Shown here one piece after another: positions 35,531 to 46,681 of a stretch of 64,000 bases of DNA. The DNA is from a virus. The notes under the pieces were generated by a model, which did not search any database, was not told the DNA's origin, and saw nothing but the letters and a program-made list of their open reading frames with translations. Positions within the stretch are counted from its first letter, which is position 1. The number at the start of each line of letters is the position of its first letter. The stretch lies in the IMG/VR virus record IMGVR_UViG_3300045440_000165, positions 1-64,000 of that record; one strand, written 5' to 3'. A program made the translations under genes and the position numbers.

Positions 35531-38500
35531 ATGAGCATAGATGTATCAACCTTGGCAATTGAGGTACGATCAACAGGCATTAAACAAGCTGCTGAAGAAC
35601 TAAAGCAAATAGCCACAAGTGGAAAAGCGGCTGAAGATAGAGTTAAAACACTAACCGAGTCTATTGGCAAACTATCGAAAGTATTTACAGAAGGCGCTGG
35701 TACTGCTGCAGCTTTTAAACAAGCTATGCAAGGAATAGACACATCTATAGGTGCTCAGGGAGCTTCTATGTCTATGCTTGGTAAGTCTATGAAAGAACTA
35801 AACTCTAGCACATCTGTGCTAAATTCTGGCATTAGCGGGTTGAGTCCTAAAGTGAGAGATAGCAATGTAGCTATCATGAGCAGTGCTAAAGTAATGGACA
35901 CAGCTCATGCAGCAGCTAGAGGTTTATCTGGCAGCTTAGGTGCTCTATGGATAACCTACGGAAACTTAGTGCCGATGATGGCAGGTATTGCTGTGGGTGC
36001 TTCACTGAAGGGTATTGTAAGTGTAGGTAAGGAAGTAGAGAATACCCTAGAGAATGTACGTATCATGGGGCAATCTACTACTGAGCAAGTCAATCAGATG
36101 CGAGAGGCTATCTACAATTTAGGCACTGGCGTTAAAGGGCCAAAAGATGTAGCAGAAGCTTTCCAAGTGTTAACCTTGGCAGGTTTGAATGCTAAAGAAG
36201 CTATGCAGGGTATTGGTGCAGCTTTAAACTTATCTATTGTCGGTGGTGTTAGTATTGAGAAAGCTTCAGAGGTATTAGTGCAAGTAGGTACTTCGTTAGG
36301 TTATACAGCAGATGGCTTTGCTCACGTAGGTGATGTTATTGCTAAAACTGCAGCAGTGTCTATGTCCTCTGTGGCGAGTATTTCTGGCGCTTTTAAATCT
36401 GCAGCTTCGGTAGGTGAATTGTACGGAGCTTCATTGCAAGATATTGGTGTCAGCTTGGCAACACTATCTAACTTAGGTATCCAAGATACTGCTGCAGGTA
36501 CTGCGTTGAAAAATTTCTATGGGGATTTATCTAAGAGCACTGATAAAGTTAGTGTAGCTTTTAAAGCTATGAAAATGTCCTTAGCTGATTTAAAAGATGC
36601 TGACGGATATTTCCTTCCTATCGTAGAAGTGGTTACAAAGTTGGATAAAGGTCTTAGCAACCTAACTGGCCCTGAGAGACAGAAAGCAATGACCATGCTG
36701 TTTCAAGAGCGTGGTGTTAAAGATGCTACAGGGTTGTTTAAAGCTTTAGATACAGCCTCTACCGAGCTAAATGAAAAAGGTGAGAAGTACGCCACAAAGC
36801 TAGAAGAAATCAACGATAGAATCCACAAGAGCTACGGCTTTGCAGCACTAGGTGCTATAGCAATGTCCCAAACAACTCAAGGGCAATTGAAAGCTGTAGC
36901 CAACACTCTAGAAACGACATTCCTAAAAGCATTCCAAGAAGTAGAGCCTCAAATTGGAAGTGTAGCACGAGCATTATCTGCAGCGTTTAAATCTGATGAA
37001 TTTGTTAGCGCTATTAAGAATATTGCAATAGCTGTAGCCGACCTTACCAAGTGGATAGTTGATCACTACAATTGGATTGAAAAATTAATACTAGCCTATA
37101 TCTCTTTCAAAGGGATAGGCATGGTTGCGTCTCTAACGCAAATGGGAGTAGCTTTCGGAGCTACAACAATTGCTGCTAGAGGATTTGCATTAGCGTTAGG
37201 GCCGATAGCTGTTGGTATTGCTGCTGTATCTGCCGCATGGTTGTATTTCTATAATCTTAAGAAAAGTACGGAATCTACTTTTGATGAGAGTTCTGTAAAG
37301 GGTTTTGAAGCTCAAGTTGTTGCAATGGAAGAAGCTAATGCTGCCCTCACAACACAAATTGAGTTGCGCTTGAAAGGTGAGACAGAACAAAGTATTGCTG
37401 CAAAAATGGAAGAGAAGCGGCAGCAACAAAGTATTAGCAGAGCTAGGGAAGCTTCTGCAGCTAGTGTTAAAATTCTAGAGCTAGAGCTGGAGAAGAAGAA
37501 AATAGCATTAAACGATTACGAGCAAGGTAAGTTGGACAGGCTAAATAAAGGGGAGAAAGTAGGAACTATACCTTCTAAAGTTAAGGCTGTTATCGATGAG
37601 GAAAAGAAATTAACCGAAGCACGAGAATTGAATATTAACCTCCTCAAAAGATCAGAAGCAGTTCAAGAAGGTATTATAAATAAATCTAAATACTTAGCTG
37701 ATGAGCAAGACAGGATAGCTAAAGCTGCAAGAATTAAAAACACAGGCTCTGACAAGATTCCTACAAAAGACTCAGAAGGGTCTGAGAAAGCTAGTTTCCT
37801 CAAAGCTGAAAGATTAAACTTAGAGAAGTTACTAGAGACATACCGCGAGCGTACCATAGCTGTGCAAGAGTCTGCTGATAGCGAACTTCGGGTAATGGCT
37901 AACGTAGAACAAGCGAGGGTTACAGCTAATTTTAACAATAACAAATATGCAAGTGAGAGAATTTACCAAGCAGAGTTGGAATTAGCAAAGCTTGTTGATA
38001 TAGCTAAGTTTGAGCAACAAAAAGCTAACGCAATAGCGGAACAAAAGAACAAGATTACTGAAATTATCCGTCGAGAAGAAGCATACCAAAAAGATGCTGA
38101 AAACTCTGGAGGCACACGTCTAGGTCTAATAGAGAAGCAAACTATCGCTTTATTTAGATTCAATGGTGAGTCGGAAGAAAGTATTAAAAAGTGGAGAGAA
38201 ATGGCAAAAGTCTCTGATGAGATGGTTGCTAGTGAAGCTGCTCGCGCTAAAATGAAAACAGCTACAGAGAAACTTAATGTAGACACTGGCAGCTTGAAGC
38301 AACAAGCCGATGCTCTATTTGAGTTAGGAACAGCAGGTAAGAAATCTGAATTAGCTATCGCTGAATTGCAAGTTGCTGAAGGTAAGTTTGCTGGTGCAGC
38401 AGATGAGTTTATGACTAAGCAATACCTGAAAGCTGCAGCGTCTAAAGACTCGGCTAAAGCATATCTGGATGCAGCTAAGATTGCTGGCGAATTGATAGAC

Positions 38501-41500
38501 GAGCAATTAAACAAAGAGCAAGCACTATTGGATGCTACATTAGGCATCGAGCAAGCTAAAGTGTCTGCTATAGCAAGGTCTAAAAATGCCACCATTGATT
38601 TAGCTATGAAGGGGATAGAAGCGGAGATAGCTTACAATAATGCTTTTGAAATATCTTCCACGTCTCAGATTGAGCAACTAAATAAACTGGCAGATTTAAA
38701 AGAGAAGTTTGCTGTAAAAACTTCTGAAAATTTCAAGATAGCAGGTTTAGAAGATACTGGCACAGTGCTTGAAAAGATGAGTAAATCTGTAGGTAACTTA
38801 GGTAACTCTTTCTCAGGTGCTGGCAAAGCATTAAAAGGTTTTGCAGAATCTTTTAAAGATATGGCTGCGATTGAAAAACAGACAGCTAAAGATGGTAATA
38901 AGAACTTAGAGGGTAGGGTAGCTGTCTACGGCAATATGGCGGGAGCTGCTAAGAATTTCTTTAAAGAAAATACTACAGGATATAAACTACTCCACAGCCT
39001 AGAGACAGGGCTGCATGTATTCCAAATGGCTATGCAAGCTGAAAAACTTGTAACTAGCTTAACGACTACAGCAGCCATAACAACAGCAGAAGTGGCAAGT
39101 CAGGGGGTAGTAACTGCTGCAGTAACCACAGGGGAGACAGCGAGGAATGCTGCCAAAGTTCCCGGAGTATTTATGTCTTTTCTATCATCCCTTGGCCCTT
39201 GGGGTATGGCTGCTGCTGCTATTGCTATTGGCGCTGTTTTGGGAGGTGCATTTAGCGGAGGTGGTGCTAGTGTGGATGTGGCAAAACAACGCCAAGAAAC
39301 TCAAAGCACAGGAACAGTATTAGGAGATGATACAGCTAAATCCGAATCTATTGTTAATTCCTTAGACAAGCTGGTAAGCGACTCTAACATAGCTTTATCC
39401 CACTCTTCGAATATGCTAGTAGAGTTACGTAGCATCCGTGATGGTATTTCTGGTATGGCTTCATTTGTATCTCAATCGTCAGGGTTACGTGGCACAGCGG
39501 CTGACGAAAGATCTGCTGGTGTTGGAAGCTCTAGAACATTCTTAGGGTTTTCTTCTAGTTCCAGAGAGTTAGTAGATTCTGGTATTGTCTTTGATAAGGT
39601 AACAACAGAAGCTAATAGCCTTGTCAACAAAGCTATAATGGAGAAGTATAAAAAATCTATAGAAGAGTTTAATGCTAACATAGCAAAGTCAAGCGATGAA
39701 GAATCTCAGTATGCATACATCTATGCCCCACAGAAACCCGAGTTACAGAAGTCTTCTCAAACTGTAGGCAGTGTAATGGATCAAGGTGTATCCGCTCGTG
39801 GGTATCAAGATATTTACGAAAAGAAATCATCATTTTTTGGATTGTTTAATAGCTCTTCTAATAAAACTGAATTCTCAGATTTGAAACAAGGGTTGAAAGA
39901 CCAATTTGGAAAAACTGTATCTTCCATGTTTTCTTCCATTGTTGAAGCTGCAGCTTTCTTAGGTAAAGACAAAGGTGTGATGTCTGAAGCATTGAAGTCT
40001 ATTTCATTCGAGCAAGCAGGATTGGATAAGATTAGTCTTAAAGGGTTATCTGGTGCTGATATAGAAAGAGAATTGCAATCTGCATTTAGTATGCTCGGTG
40101 ATAAGATGGCAGAAGTAGCAATGCCTGCAATAGCACAATTCCAGAAAGTTGGAGAAGGATTATTCCAAACTTTAGTAAGAGTGTCAAGTGGTGTTGAGTC
40201 AGCTAGATTTGAGTTAGATAAGTTGAATATTGCTTCTATCGATTACACAGATATTATCAACAAGCAAGGTGATACATCGACAGAGATAGTTAGAGACAGT
40301 ATTATTGCATTTGAAAGAATGAATAACTCTGCTGAAGGTATTAGCAATATTATTAGAACTATGGATGGAGTTGCGCAAGATCTAGCATCAACTTATAAAG
40401 ATCTATCAGTTGTTAGAGAAATGATGAATTCTAACGGGCTGAATGGTAATACATTATCTAGTGCCACTATCTGGGGTGCTGGCGGTATTGATAACCTTAA
40501 ATCTGGAATTCAAGATTATTTCAAGGGATTCTTTACAGATGTAGAACAGAATGCTTCTAAGCTATCGGCACTAACTAAAGAGTTTAACAGCATGGGTTTA
40601 TCTATCCCTGCAACTAAAGCTGAGTTTAAGTCTTTAATACAATCTTTAGATAACGGCTCAGAGAGTGGCAGCAAAATGGTAGGTAAGTTGTTAAGTATGT
40701 CTGGAGCGTTTGCTGATGTCTCTGATGCAATAGATGCAGCTACTAAGGTGGCAACTGAAGCAGCTAAAGAAGCGGCAGATGCAGCAGCTAAAGCTAAAGA
40801 GGAAACATTAAAGCTTGCGCAAGATGGTGTTAATGATGCTTTGTCTGTATTAACTAAATCGGTTAATGCTCAAAAGAAAGCTGTGCAAGATAAGGCAGCG
40901 TTAGACAAAGCAGCAGCGCAAGTGCAGCTTAAAGATGCTACAGATTTGTTATCTTCATTAACAGGTATTTCTAACATCTTCAAAACTAGCTTGGCTGCAT
41001 TAGATCCAATGTCAAGAAAGAGTGCTCAAGATTTGCTTAACTCTGCATTGTCAGTTTCTAATGGTGGTGGGGATATTTCTAAGATTAAAGGATTACAAGA
41101 TGCTGTATCTGCAGTAGGTAAGCCAAGTGAACAGATGTTTGCAAGCTTATTTGATTTCCAGAAAGATCAGCAGCAAACTATTAACACTATTACTAGCCTG
41201 AAAGCTAATACTGACAAGCAAGTTTCAGAACAACAATTGACAGTAAATGCTATCAATGATACAATAAAGGCTATTGAAGATAGCACAACAAAAGAATTGG
41301 CAAGACTGGATGGTATTGTTTCTTCAGCTCAAGCTCAAATCGATGCTATCAATGGTGTTACTAACGCTGTCCTCACTGTGCAAGAAGCTTTATTTAATCT
41401 GGCGGATGCTTTGGGAGTGTTAAAAGCAGCTAAAGGCCCTCAACCTACTGTAGCTATTCCGGGGTTTGATTCTAAGGAATATAAAGATTCCACTAGCAAA

Positions 41501-42052
41501 TTAACAAACAGAGTTCAAGATTATGGCTCACAGCATGGCGGTGATGCTTACTTCTTGATCAAAGGTGTTAATGATTATGCTGCAAAGATGGCTAATGCTG
41601 AGAATCTAGTAAAGCAATTAGGTGGCTCTGACCCTTCCAAGTTTGGCACTATTTCTGACGCTATTCTAAATACAACAGGTAAAACTCAAGGGTATTGGGC
41701 AGAAGTTCAAAGGCAATTTGACTCCGGTATGAATCCGACAACAAGCTCTATTCCGGGTTTTGCTGTAGGTACTAATTATGTCCCACAAGACATGCTAGCA
41801 AATATTCATGCTGGTGAGCGCATCATTCCTGCAGCAGATAATGCTGAATTAATGAATAGACTTCGTAACCCACAGCAAGGTAGTGAAACATTGATAGCTG
41901 AAATAAAGAACTTGCGTCAAGAGCTTTCAGATATTAAAGCTACAATTGTTGCTGGTGATGTTGCTAATGTACAAGCTACTAAGGAACAAGTTAAGATGTA
42001 CAAGAAGTGGGATTCCGATGGACTTCCTGACGTAAGAAATATTACCGCTTAA
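35531..42052 (+). CDS. tail tape measure protein
   Basis: 2173 aa, Ala-rich and helical; TP901-type core; C-terminal GFAVGTNYVPQDMLANIHAGERIIP. Confidence 0.95.
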   Translation: MSIDVSTLAIEVRSTGIKQAAEELKQIATSGKAAEDRVKTLTESIGKLSKVFTEGAGTAAAFKQAMQGIDTSIGAQGASMSMLGKSMKELNSSTSVLNSGISGLSPKVRDSNVAIMSSAKVMDTAHAAARGLSGSLGALWITYGNLVPMMAGIAVGASLKGIVSVGKEVENTLENVRIMGQSTTEQVNQMREAIYNLGTGVKGPKDVAEAFQVLTLAGLNAKEAMQGIGAALNLSIVGGVSIEKASEVLVQVGTSLGYTADGFAHVGDVIAKTAAVSMSSVASISGAFKSAASVGELYGASLQDIGVSLATLSNLGIQDTAAGTALKNFYGDLSKSTDKVSVAFKAMKMSLADLKDADGYFLPIVEVVTKLDKGLSNLTGPERQKAMTMLFQERGVKDATGLFKALDTASTELNEKGEKYATKLEEINDRIHKSYGFAALGAIAMSQTTQGQLKAVANTLETTFLKAFQEVEPQIGSVARALSAAFKSDEFVSAIKNIAIAVADLTKWIVDHYNWIEKLILAYISFKGIGMVASLTQMGVAFGATTIAARGFALALGPIAVGIAAVSAAWLYFYNLKKSTESTFDESSVKGFEAQVVAMEEANAALTTQIELRLKGETEQSIAAKMEEKRQQQSISRAREASAASVKILELELEKKKIALNDYEQGKLDRLNKGEKVGTIPSKVKAVIDEEKKLTEARELNINLLKRSEAVQEGIINKSKYLADEQDRIAKAARIKNTGSDKIPTKDSEGSEKASFLKAERLNLEKLLETYRERTIAVQESADSELRVMANVEQARVTANFNNNKYASERIYQAELELAKLVDIAKFEQQKANAIAEQKNKITEIIRREEAYQKDAENSGGTRLGLIEKQTIALFRFNGESEESIKKWREMAKVSDEMVASEAARAKMKTATEKLNVDTGSLKQQADALFELGTAGKKSELAIAELQVAEGKFAGAADEFMTKQYLKAAASKDSAKAYLDAAKIAGELIDEQLNKEQALLDATLGIEQAKVSAIARSKNATIDLAMKGIEAEIAYNNAFEISSTSQIEQLNKLADLKEKFAVKTSENFKIAGLEDTGTVLEKMSKSVGNLGNSFSGAGKALKGFAESFKDMAAIEKQTAKDGNKNLEGRVAVYGNMAGAAKNFFKENTTGYKLLHSLETGLHVFQMAMQAEKLVTSLTTTAAITTAEVASQGVVTAAVTTGETARNAAKVPGVFMSFLSSLGPWGMAAAAIAIGAVLGGAFSGGGASVDVAKQRQETQSTGTVLGDDTAKSESIVNSLDKLVSDSNIALSHSSNMLVELRSIRDGISGMASFVSQSSGLRGTAADERSAGVGSSRTFLGFSSSSRELVDSGIVFDKVTTEANSLVNKAIMEKYKKSIEEFNANIAKSSDEESQYAYIYAPQKPELQKSSQTVGSVMDQGVSARGYQDIYEKKSSFFGLFNSSSNKTEFSDLKQGLKDQFGKTVSSMFSSIVEAAAFLGKDKGVMSEALKSISFEQAGLDKISLKGLSGADIERELQSAFSMLGDKMAEVAMPAIAQFQKVGEGLFQTLVRVSSGVESARFELDKLNIASIDYTDIINKQGDTSTEIVRDSIIAFERMNNSAEGISNIIRTMDGVAQDLASTYKDLSVVREMMNSNGLNGNTLSSATIWGAGGIDNLKSGIQDYFKGFFTDVEQNASKLSALTKEFNSMGLSIPATKAEFKSLIQSLDNGSESGSKMVGKLLSMSGAFADVSDAIDAATKVATEAAKEAADAAAKAKEETLKLAQDGVNDALSVLTKSVNAQKKAVQDKAALDKAAAQVQLKDATDLLSSLTGISNIFKTSLAALDPMSRKSAQDLLNSALSVSNGGGDISKIKGLQDAVSAVGKPSEQMFASLFDFQKDQQQTINTITSLKANTDKQVSEQQLTVNAINDTIKAIEDSTTKELARLDGIVSSAQAQIDAINGVTNAVLTVQEALFNLADALGVLKAAKGPQPTVAIPGFDSKEYKDSTSKLTNRVQDYGSQHGGDAYFLIKGVNDYAAKMANAENLVKQLGGSDPSKFGTISDAILNTTGKTQGYWAEVQRQFDSGMNPTTSSIPGFAVGTNYVPQDMLANIHAGERIIPAADNAELMNRLRNPQQGSETLIAEIKNLRQELSDIKATIVAGDVANVQATKEQVKMYKKWDSDGLPDVRNITA

Positions 42053-42065
42053 TTTAAGAGGATCA

Positions 42066-43220
42066 ATGAAAATAATTAGACCTGTTAATGTAGCGGATAG
42101 TACATTAACATCGTCTACCATATTAGAGAATGACTATGCAGCGCACTCGGTATCCACCGTTTATGCTGCTGGTGATTTTATAATGGAAGTAGATACAAAT
42201 GTCCATAAAATTTATCAATCTTTAGTTGGGGTGAGGGCTACAGTTACTTTAACAATAGCATCCCCTTGTGTTGTAACATTTTCCGGTACAATCCCTGCAG
42301 CAGACACTCCCGTAGTATTTACAACGACAGGGGCTTTGCCTACAGGAGTTTTGCCCGGCACTGTCTACTATGTAAAATCTCCCACAACTACAGGCTTTAA
42401 TATTAGTGCTACAGTTGGTGGAGCTAATATCAATACTTCAGGTTCTCAATCTGGGGTGCATACAGCCGTAGCTTCAGCAAACTATAATAAAGATATTACC
42501 AATACAACATATTGGATAGACGCTGGAGCTACCAATCGTTGGAGGATGTTCGATTCTAGCATAACTTCCCAAACATCCGCAAGTGATGAAATAGAGGTGG
42601 TGTTTGATTTAGGTGAGAGAGTGGATACAATAACCTTACTCAACATTAGTGCTAAAAGTGCTAGGGTTGTTGTTGAGGATGCTGTGGATGGTGTTGTTTA
42701 TGATAGTACAGCAAATCTTATAAGTTCAGGCGGTATTACTGATTTATATTTGTATTTCTTCGAGCCTGTAGAACGAGTAGCAGATTTTGTGTTTGAAGAT
42801 CTTCCCCCTTATGCCAATCCAACTATCACTATAACTCTAGAAGATCCTAGCAACACTGTGTTATGCGGAGGATGTGTACTAGGACTCTCCAGAGATTTTA
42901 GTGACGATGGTATGGGAGTGGAAAGAGGTGCTAAAACAGGTATTCAAGACTACTCTATTAAACAGAGAGATACTTTCGGGAATTATACCATCTTGGAAAG
43001 AGCTTTTAATAAGCGAGCTGATTTCACCGTCTATGTACCGTCAGACTTAACAGAGGCATTACAAACTACCCTCTCCCGTTACAGAGCCACCCCTATTGTT
43101 TACATAGGGCATGTAGAACATAAGACAACAATAATATATGGTTTCTACAAAGACTTTAGCATAGAGATTGCATACCCTACCTTCTCTGTTTGCACTATTT
43201 CACTAGAAGGCTTAACATAA
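42066..43220 (+). CDS. tail tip / distal tail protein with an inserted module
   Basis: first gene after TMP; WIDAGATNRWRMFD and DYSIKQRDTFG. Confidence 0.7.
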   Translation: MKIIRPVNVADSTLTSSTILENDYAAHSVSTVYAAGDFIMEVDTNVHKIYQSLVGVRATVTLTIASPCVVTFSGTIPAADTPVVFTTTGALPTGVLPGTVYYVKSPTTTGFNISATVGGANINTSGSQSGVHTAVASANYNKDITNTTYWIDAGATNRWRMFDSSITSQTSASDEIEVVFDLGERVDTITLLNISAKSARVVVEDAVDGVVYDSTANLISSGGITDLYLYFFEPVERVADFVFEDLPPYANPTITITLEDPSNTVLCGGCVLGLSRDFSDDGMGVERGAKTGIQDYSIKQRDTFGNYTILERAFNKRADFTVYVPSDLTEALQTTLSRYRATPIVYIGHVEHKTTIIYGFYKDFSIEIAYPTFSVCTISLEGLT

Positions 43221-43233
43221 TTAAAAGTAAAAT

Positions 43234-45249
43234 ATGACAATATCTGCACTACCTACAATACCGTCAAGGAATCAAGATCCTGCTACATTTGTAGCGAATG
43301 CTGACGCTTTCCTTGCTGCACTACCTACTTTTCGCACAGAGGCTAACGCTTTAGCTGTCACTGTCGATGCGAATACAACATTATCTACAACTAACGCGAA
43401 TACATCAACCACTAAAGCTGCTGAGGCTGCTGCTAGTGCTGTTGCTGCTATCTCTGCGGCAAATGTTGCTGTATGGGTTAGTGGTACAACTTATGCGCAA
43501 TACATTTGTGTAATTAGCCCTGCTAACTACCTTACATATCGCAGGAAAGTAGCTGGAGCTGGAACTACAGATCCTTCTGCCGACGGTACAAACTGGGTAG
43601 TGGTGGCTAATAACACCGGACTTGGTGGTACTGCAATAACAGGTAATGTCACGCTTACATCTTCTAGCGATGCGGCTATGACAGTGACTCCTTCAACTCA
43701 TGGCCTATACATTACTCTCCCTGCCGCAACTACATGCGTGGAGGCTAGTTTATTATTTAGCATTTACAATGCAGGGGATTATGACTATGGAGTGAAAGAT
43801 AGTGCAGGTACTCAGCTCGGTTGGATTAGACCAAGAACTGGAGCGGTAATAGGATTGTCAGATAGTAGCACATCTGCAGGGGTGTGGGCATATTACGGGC
43901 TTGAGAAGGTGGGAATTACAGCCTCGAAGATTACGAGTAGTCTTACAGGGGTGGATGCAGGAATAATTGCAGTGGAGCTTGATAGTGATAGAACATGCTA
44001 TTTGTTCGGGCAAACAAATTGCTATGGTATTGTTTATAATTCCGCTACCTGCACATGGGGGTCAGCATCCCTAATCCGAGCGACTATTCAAGCTGTTGCT
44101 TATAGAGCAATACTGAGCACAACAGATCAGGTGCTTGTAATTAGTAGCAACACAACAACAGGGGTGGAAGCTGTAACATTGACGATTAGCGGAACTGGCA
44201 TCACTGTAAATTCAGGGACTAAAGCAACGGCAACGCTGGCAGGGAATTACGCAGCTTTTAGTCAGCTTGTATCCGTTCCTGCACAGTCCGCTTTTGTTAT
44301 TGGGTATGGACGGGCAACAAATATGAGTGCAATACGAGCAATCACCATCTCAGGTACAACACCGACAATTAGCTCAGAATTGGCTCTGCTAACAACAACT
44401 GCAGAAGCACCTATTATGTTTGTATCTGGATCTGTAGTTAGGACAGTGAATGCAACTAGCACACTACTGACTGCAACTCCAGCAACCATTTCAGGATCGT
44501 CAACACCTGTCGCAGGAACACCAGTAAACGAAACAACTACAGCAGCAAACATACGAGCAACAATTAATGGTAATGGTAATATCGTATGCCAGTATATTAA
44601 TACAAACCATTGCGCTGCTATATTCAAACTTACAGGGACAGTGGAAGCAAGCAGCACAGCCATACTTAACGGTGTATCTGTGCCTTCTGTAACTACCTAC
44701 ACAGATTACGCACATATAGGTAGTAATAAAACTGTCTTTATAGCTTCCGTAAATAATGCCTTCTGGTATGCTAATATTTTAACAGATACTGCCGGTACAG
44801 TAAGCGTTGGAACTCAGATTACAGGGCCGTGGACTGCATCTGTTAGCACAAATGCACATATAGGGACATCAGGGAACAATGTGAGGTTTGCAGTGGGAAC
44901 GACAGCCAGTTTGGGGCAAATAACCTTAGACTGCTCCAGCACGTCTCCTGTCTTATCCTCAGTTAGTTCTCTCTACAGCGCTGGAGTATCTTCCCCCTTA
45001 CCATCTGATAAGTATGGCGTGATGGGTACTAGGCAGCTATCCACTGGATCTACTTTCTACACGATTGGCGGTGCAACCTATAGAGATGCTACGTTCACTA
45101 CCAATACTATTCAAACACGTAATCCTGTGAGTGTAGGTGCAAACGTTACCAGCGGGGATGTTGGCTATCACGCGAACAACAAGAAAAGTTACAGTGGTGG
45201 GATTGGTTCTAGCGCATTTGTAATAACTAGAGTGGAGGCTGCAGCATGA
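43234..45249 (+). CDS. tail fibre / receptor-binding protein
   Basis: N-terminal LPTIPSR..DPATF..ADAFL anchor; beta-rich C-terminus. Confidence 0.75.
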   Translation: MTISALPTIPSRNQDPATFVANADAFLAALPTFRTEANALAVTVDANTTLSTTNANTSTTKAAEAAASAVAAISAANVAVWVSGTTYAQYICVISPANYLTYRRKVAGAGTTDPSADGTNWVVVANNTGLGGTAITGNVTLTSSSDAAMTVTPSTHGLYITLPAATTCVEASLLFSIYNAGDYDYGVKDSAGTQLGWIRPRTGAVIGLSDSSTSAGVWAYYGLEKVGITASKITSSLTGVDAGIIAVELDSDRTCYLFGQTNCYGIVYNSATCTWGSASLIRATIQAVAYRAILSTTDQVLVISSNTTTGVEAVTLTISGTGITVNSGTKATATLAGNYAAFSQLVSVPAQSAFVIGYGRATNMSAIRAITISGTTPTISSELALLTTTAEAPIMFVSGSVVRTVNATSTLLTATPATISGSSTPVAGTPVNETTTAANIRATINGNGNIVCQYINTNHCAAIFKLTGTVEASSTAILNGVSVPSVTTYTDYAHIGSNKTVFIASVNNAFWYANILTDTAGTVSVGTQITGPWTASVSTNAHIGTSGNNVRFAVGTTASLGQITLDCSSTSPVLSSVSSLYSAGVSSPLPSDKYGVMGTRQLSTGSTFYTIGGATYRDATFTTNTIQTRNPVSVGANVTSGDVGYHANNKKSYSGGIGSSAFVITRVEAAA

Positions 45250-45665
45250 AACAATTAAATACAGCAATTGGTATTTTCAGTGGCTTTTCAAACATTGAAA
45301 CTTTAGAAGATCGTTACCGTTGCGACGGTGTTGATTACCAATTTTCAGTAGTGGGGGAGGCAACAATAGAAGATTATATCCCCCCTCCTCCTGTAGCTCT
45401 AGCACCTACTATCCCAGAAAAAACTAGTAGGCTATGTGCAAGATTAACTCTATTACATGCTGGCAAGTGGAATTTAATTCAACCTGCTATAGATCTACTA
45501 GAAGAACCTCAGAAATCTGTAGCACAAGCTTTCTTTGAGGATGCTGAATACTGGTATAGAGATGATCCATTTGTAGCTCTACTAGCACCTGTGATAGGTA
45601 TGAGTGAGATGGAAGTGGATGAGTTGTTTATAGCTGCAGAAATTCTTCGTAGCTCACGGCAATAG
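45246..45665 (+). CDS. tail fibre-associated/assembly protein
   Basis: follows the fibre gene; RDDPFV...EVDELFIAA motif. Confidence 0.6.
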   Translation: MKQLNTAIGIFSGFSNIETLEDRYRCDGVDYQFSVVGEATIEDYIPPPPVALAPTIPEKTSRLCARLTLLHAGKWNLIQPAIDLLEEPQKSVAQAFFEDAEYWYRDDPFVALLAPVIGMSEMEVDELFIAAEILRSSRQ

Positions 45666-45673
45666 GAATTCTT

Positions 45674-46177
45674 ATGAAATATTCTGACATAAGAGATGAT
45701 ATTCGTTCGGGGGATATTATAGCACTTAGTCATAGCTCATGGAGTAGTTATCATGACTTAGAAGTGCAAGCTGTGCGAACAGCTACACAAAGCGAGTATA
45801 GTCATATATGTGTAGCTTGGGTATTTGCTAACCGGGTGTTTGTCATAGAAGCTGTAAATCCCTTAGTAAGAATCATCCCTCTGAGCAATATGAAAGAGGA
45901 AGGTTTCTACTGGATACAATCTCAAAATGAGATGTCTAATGAAGAGCTAGAGTTTGCAATGGGTAAGGTGGGGTTGGAAGGATATTCTAAACTACAAGCT
46001 ATTGCAGCTCAATTCAACATGCTTGACATTGGCGAAGATAGGCTGTGGGAATGTGCAGAACTTGTTATTGCTATGCGCAAGCTATCAGGATGGGACTTAG
46101 GTAATAAAGCCACCCCTGCTGCTTGTATTAAAGAAGCTCTACGGCAAGGGTATTCTTTAAAGTTTGTAGAGGCTTAA
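45674..46177 (+). CDS. permuted papain-like NlpC/P60 (YiiX/YaeF-like) enzyme
   Basis: IRSGDII, YSHI (His), VIEA and WECAELV (Cys). Confidence 0.75.
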   Translation: MKYSDIRDDIRSGDIIALSHSSWSSYHDLEVQAVRTATQSEYSHICVAWVFANRVFVIEAVNPLVRIIPLSNMKEEGFYWIQSQNEMSNEELEFAMGKVGLEGYSKLQAIAAQFNMLDIGEDRLWECAELVIAMRKLSGWDLGNKATPAACIKEALRQGYSLKFVEA

Positions 46178-46180
46178 TAT

Positions 46181-46681
46181 ATGCTGTATGCAGAATTACT
46201 AAGCCAACTATCTCTGGACGAATTAATAAAAAACGATATAGGAAACACTCAGATGGTTATTAACCTAACATTTCTTCAGTTATTAGCCATACTAGGCACA
46301 GGTGTAGTAGTAGCTGCAGGATTCATAACATGGCTAACAAAGCAAGTGGCTACAATAACACACAAATGGACAGTGTTCGAGACAGCATTCTCTGACATGA
46401 AAACTGACTTGGATAGCGTTAAAGATAGCAGGCAATCTAATGATGAGCTACTAAAGAAGATGGTGGAGCGTATTGTGGCACTAGAAAACCATGCAGAGAC
46501 AGCAGCATTGCGCCATGAGATTATGATTATCAAGAGTCAAATGGTGGGTTGGGATACTCTCACGCGTATAGAACGTACATTAGCTTTAATAGCATCGTCA
46601 GGTAATGGCAACCAAGCTATGGGTGCTGTATCAGATGTATTGAAAGCTGAAAGGGAAAGTAGGGAGGGGACACGTCAATGA
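46181..46681 (+). CDS. single-TM coiled-coil lysis-region protein (holin or inner spanin)
   Basis: one TM segment then coiled coil; ATGA-coupled to the endolysin. Confidence 0.5.
   Translation: MLYAELLSQLSLDELIKNDIGNTQMVINLTFLQLLAILGTGVVVAAGFITWLTKQVATITHKWTVFETAFSDMKTDLDSVKDSRQSNDELLKKMVERIVALENHAETAALRHEIMIIKSQMVGWDTLTRIERTLALIASSGNGNQAMGAVSDVLKAERESREGTRQ

Noticed and set aside
27805-44715. Minus-strand ORFs inside portal, capsid, tape measure and fibre genes (e.g. 37963-38595)
   Set aside because: Antisense shadows of biased-codon structural genes, with no RBS or recognisable motifs
43234-45665. Diversity-generating retroelement or invertible fibre cassette
   Set aside because: No reverse transcriptase, no template/variable repeat pair and no inverted alternative fibre ends seen
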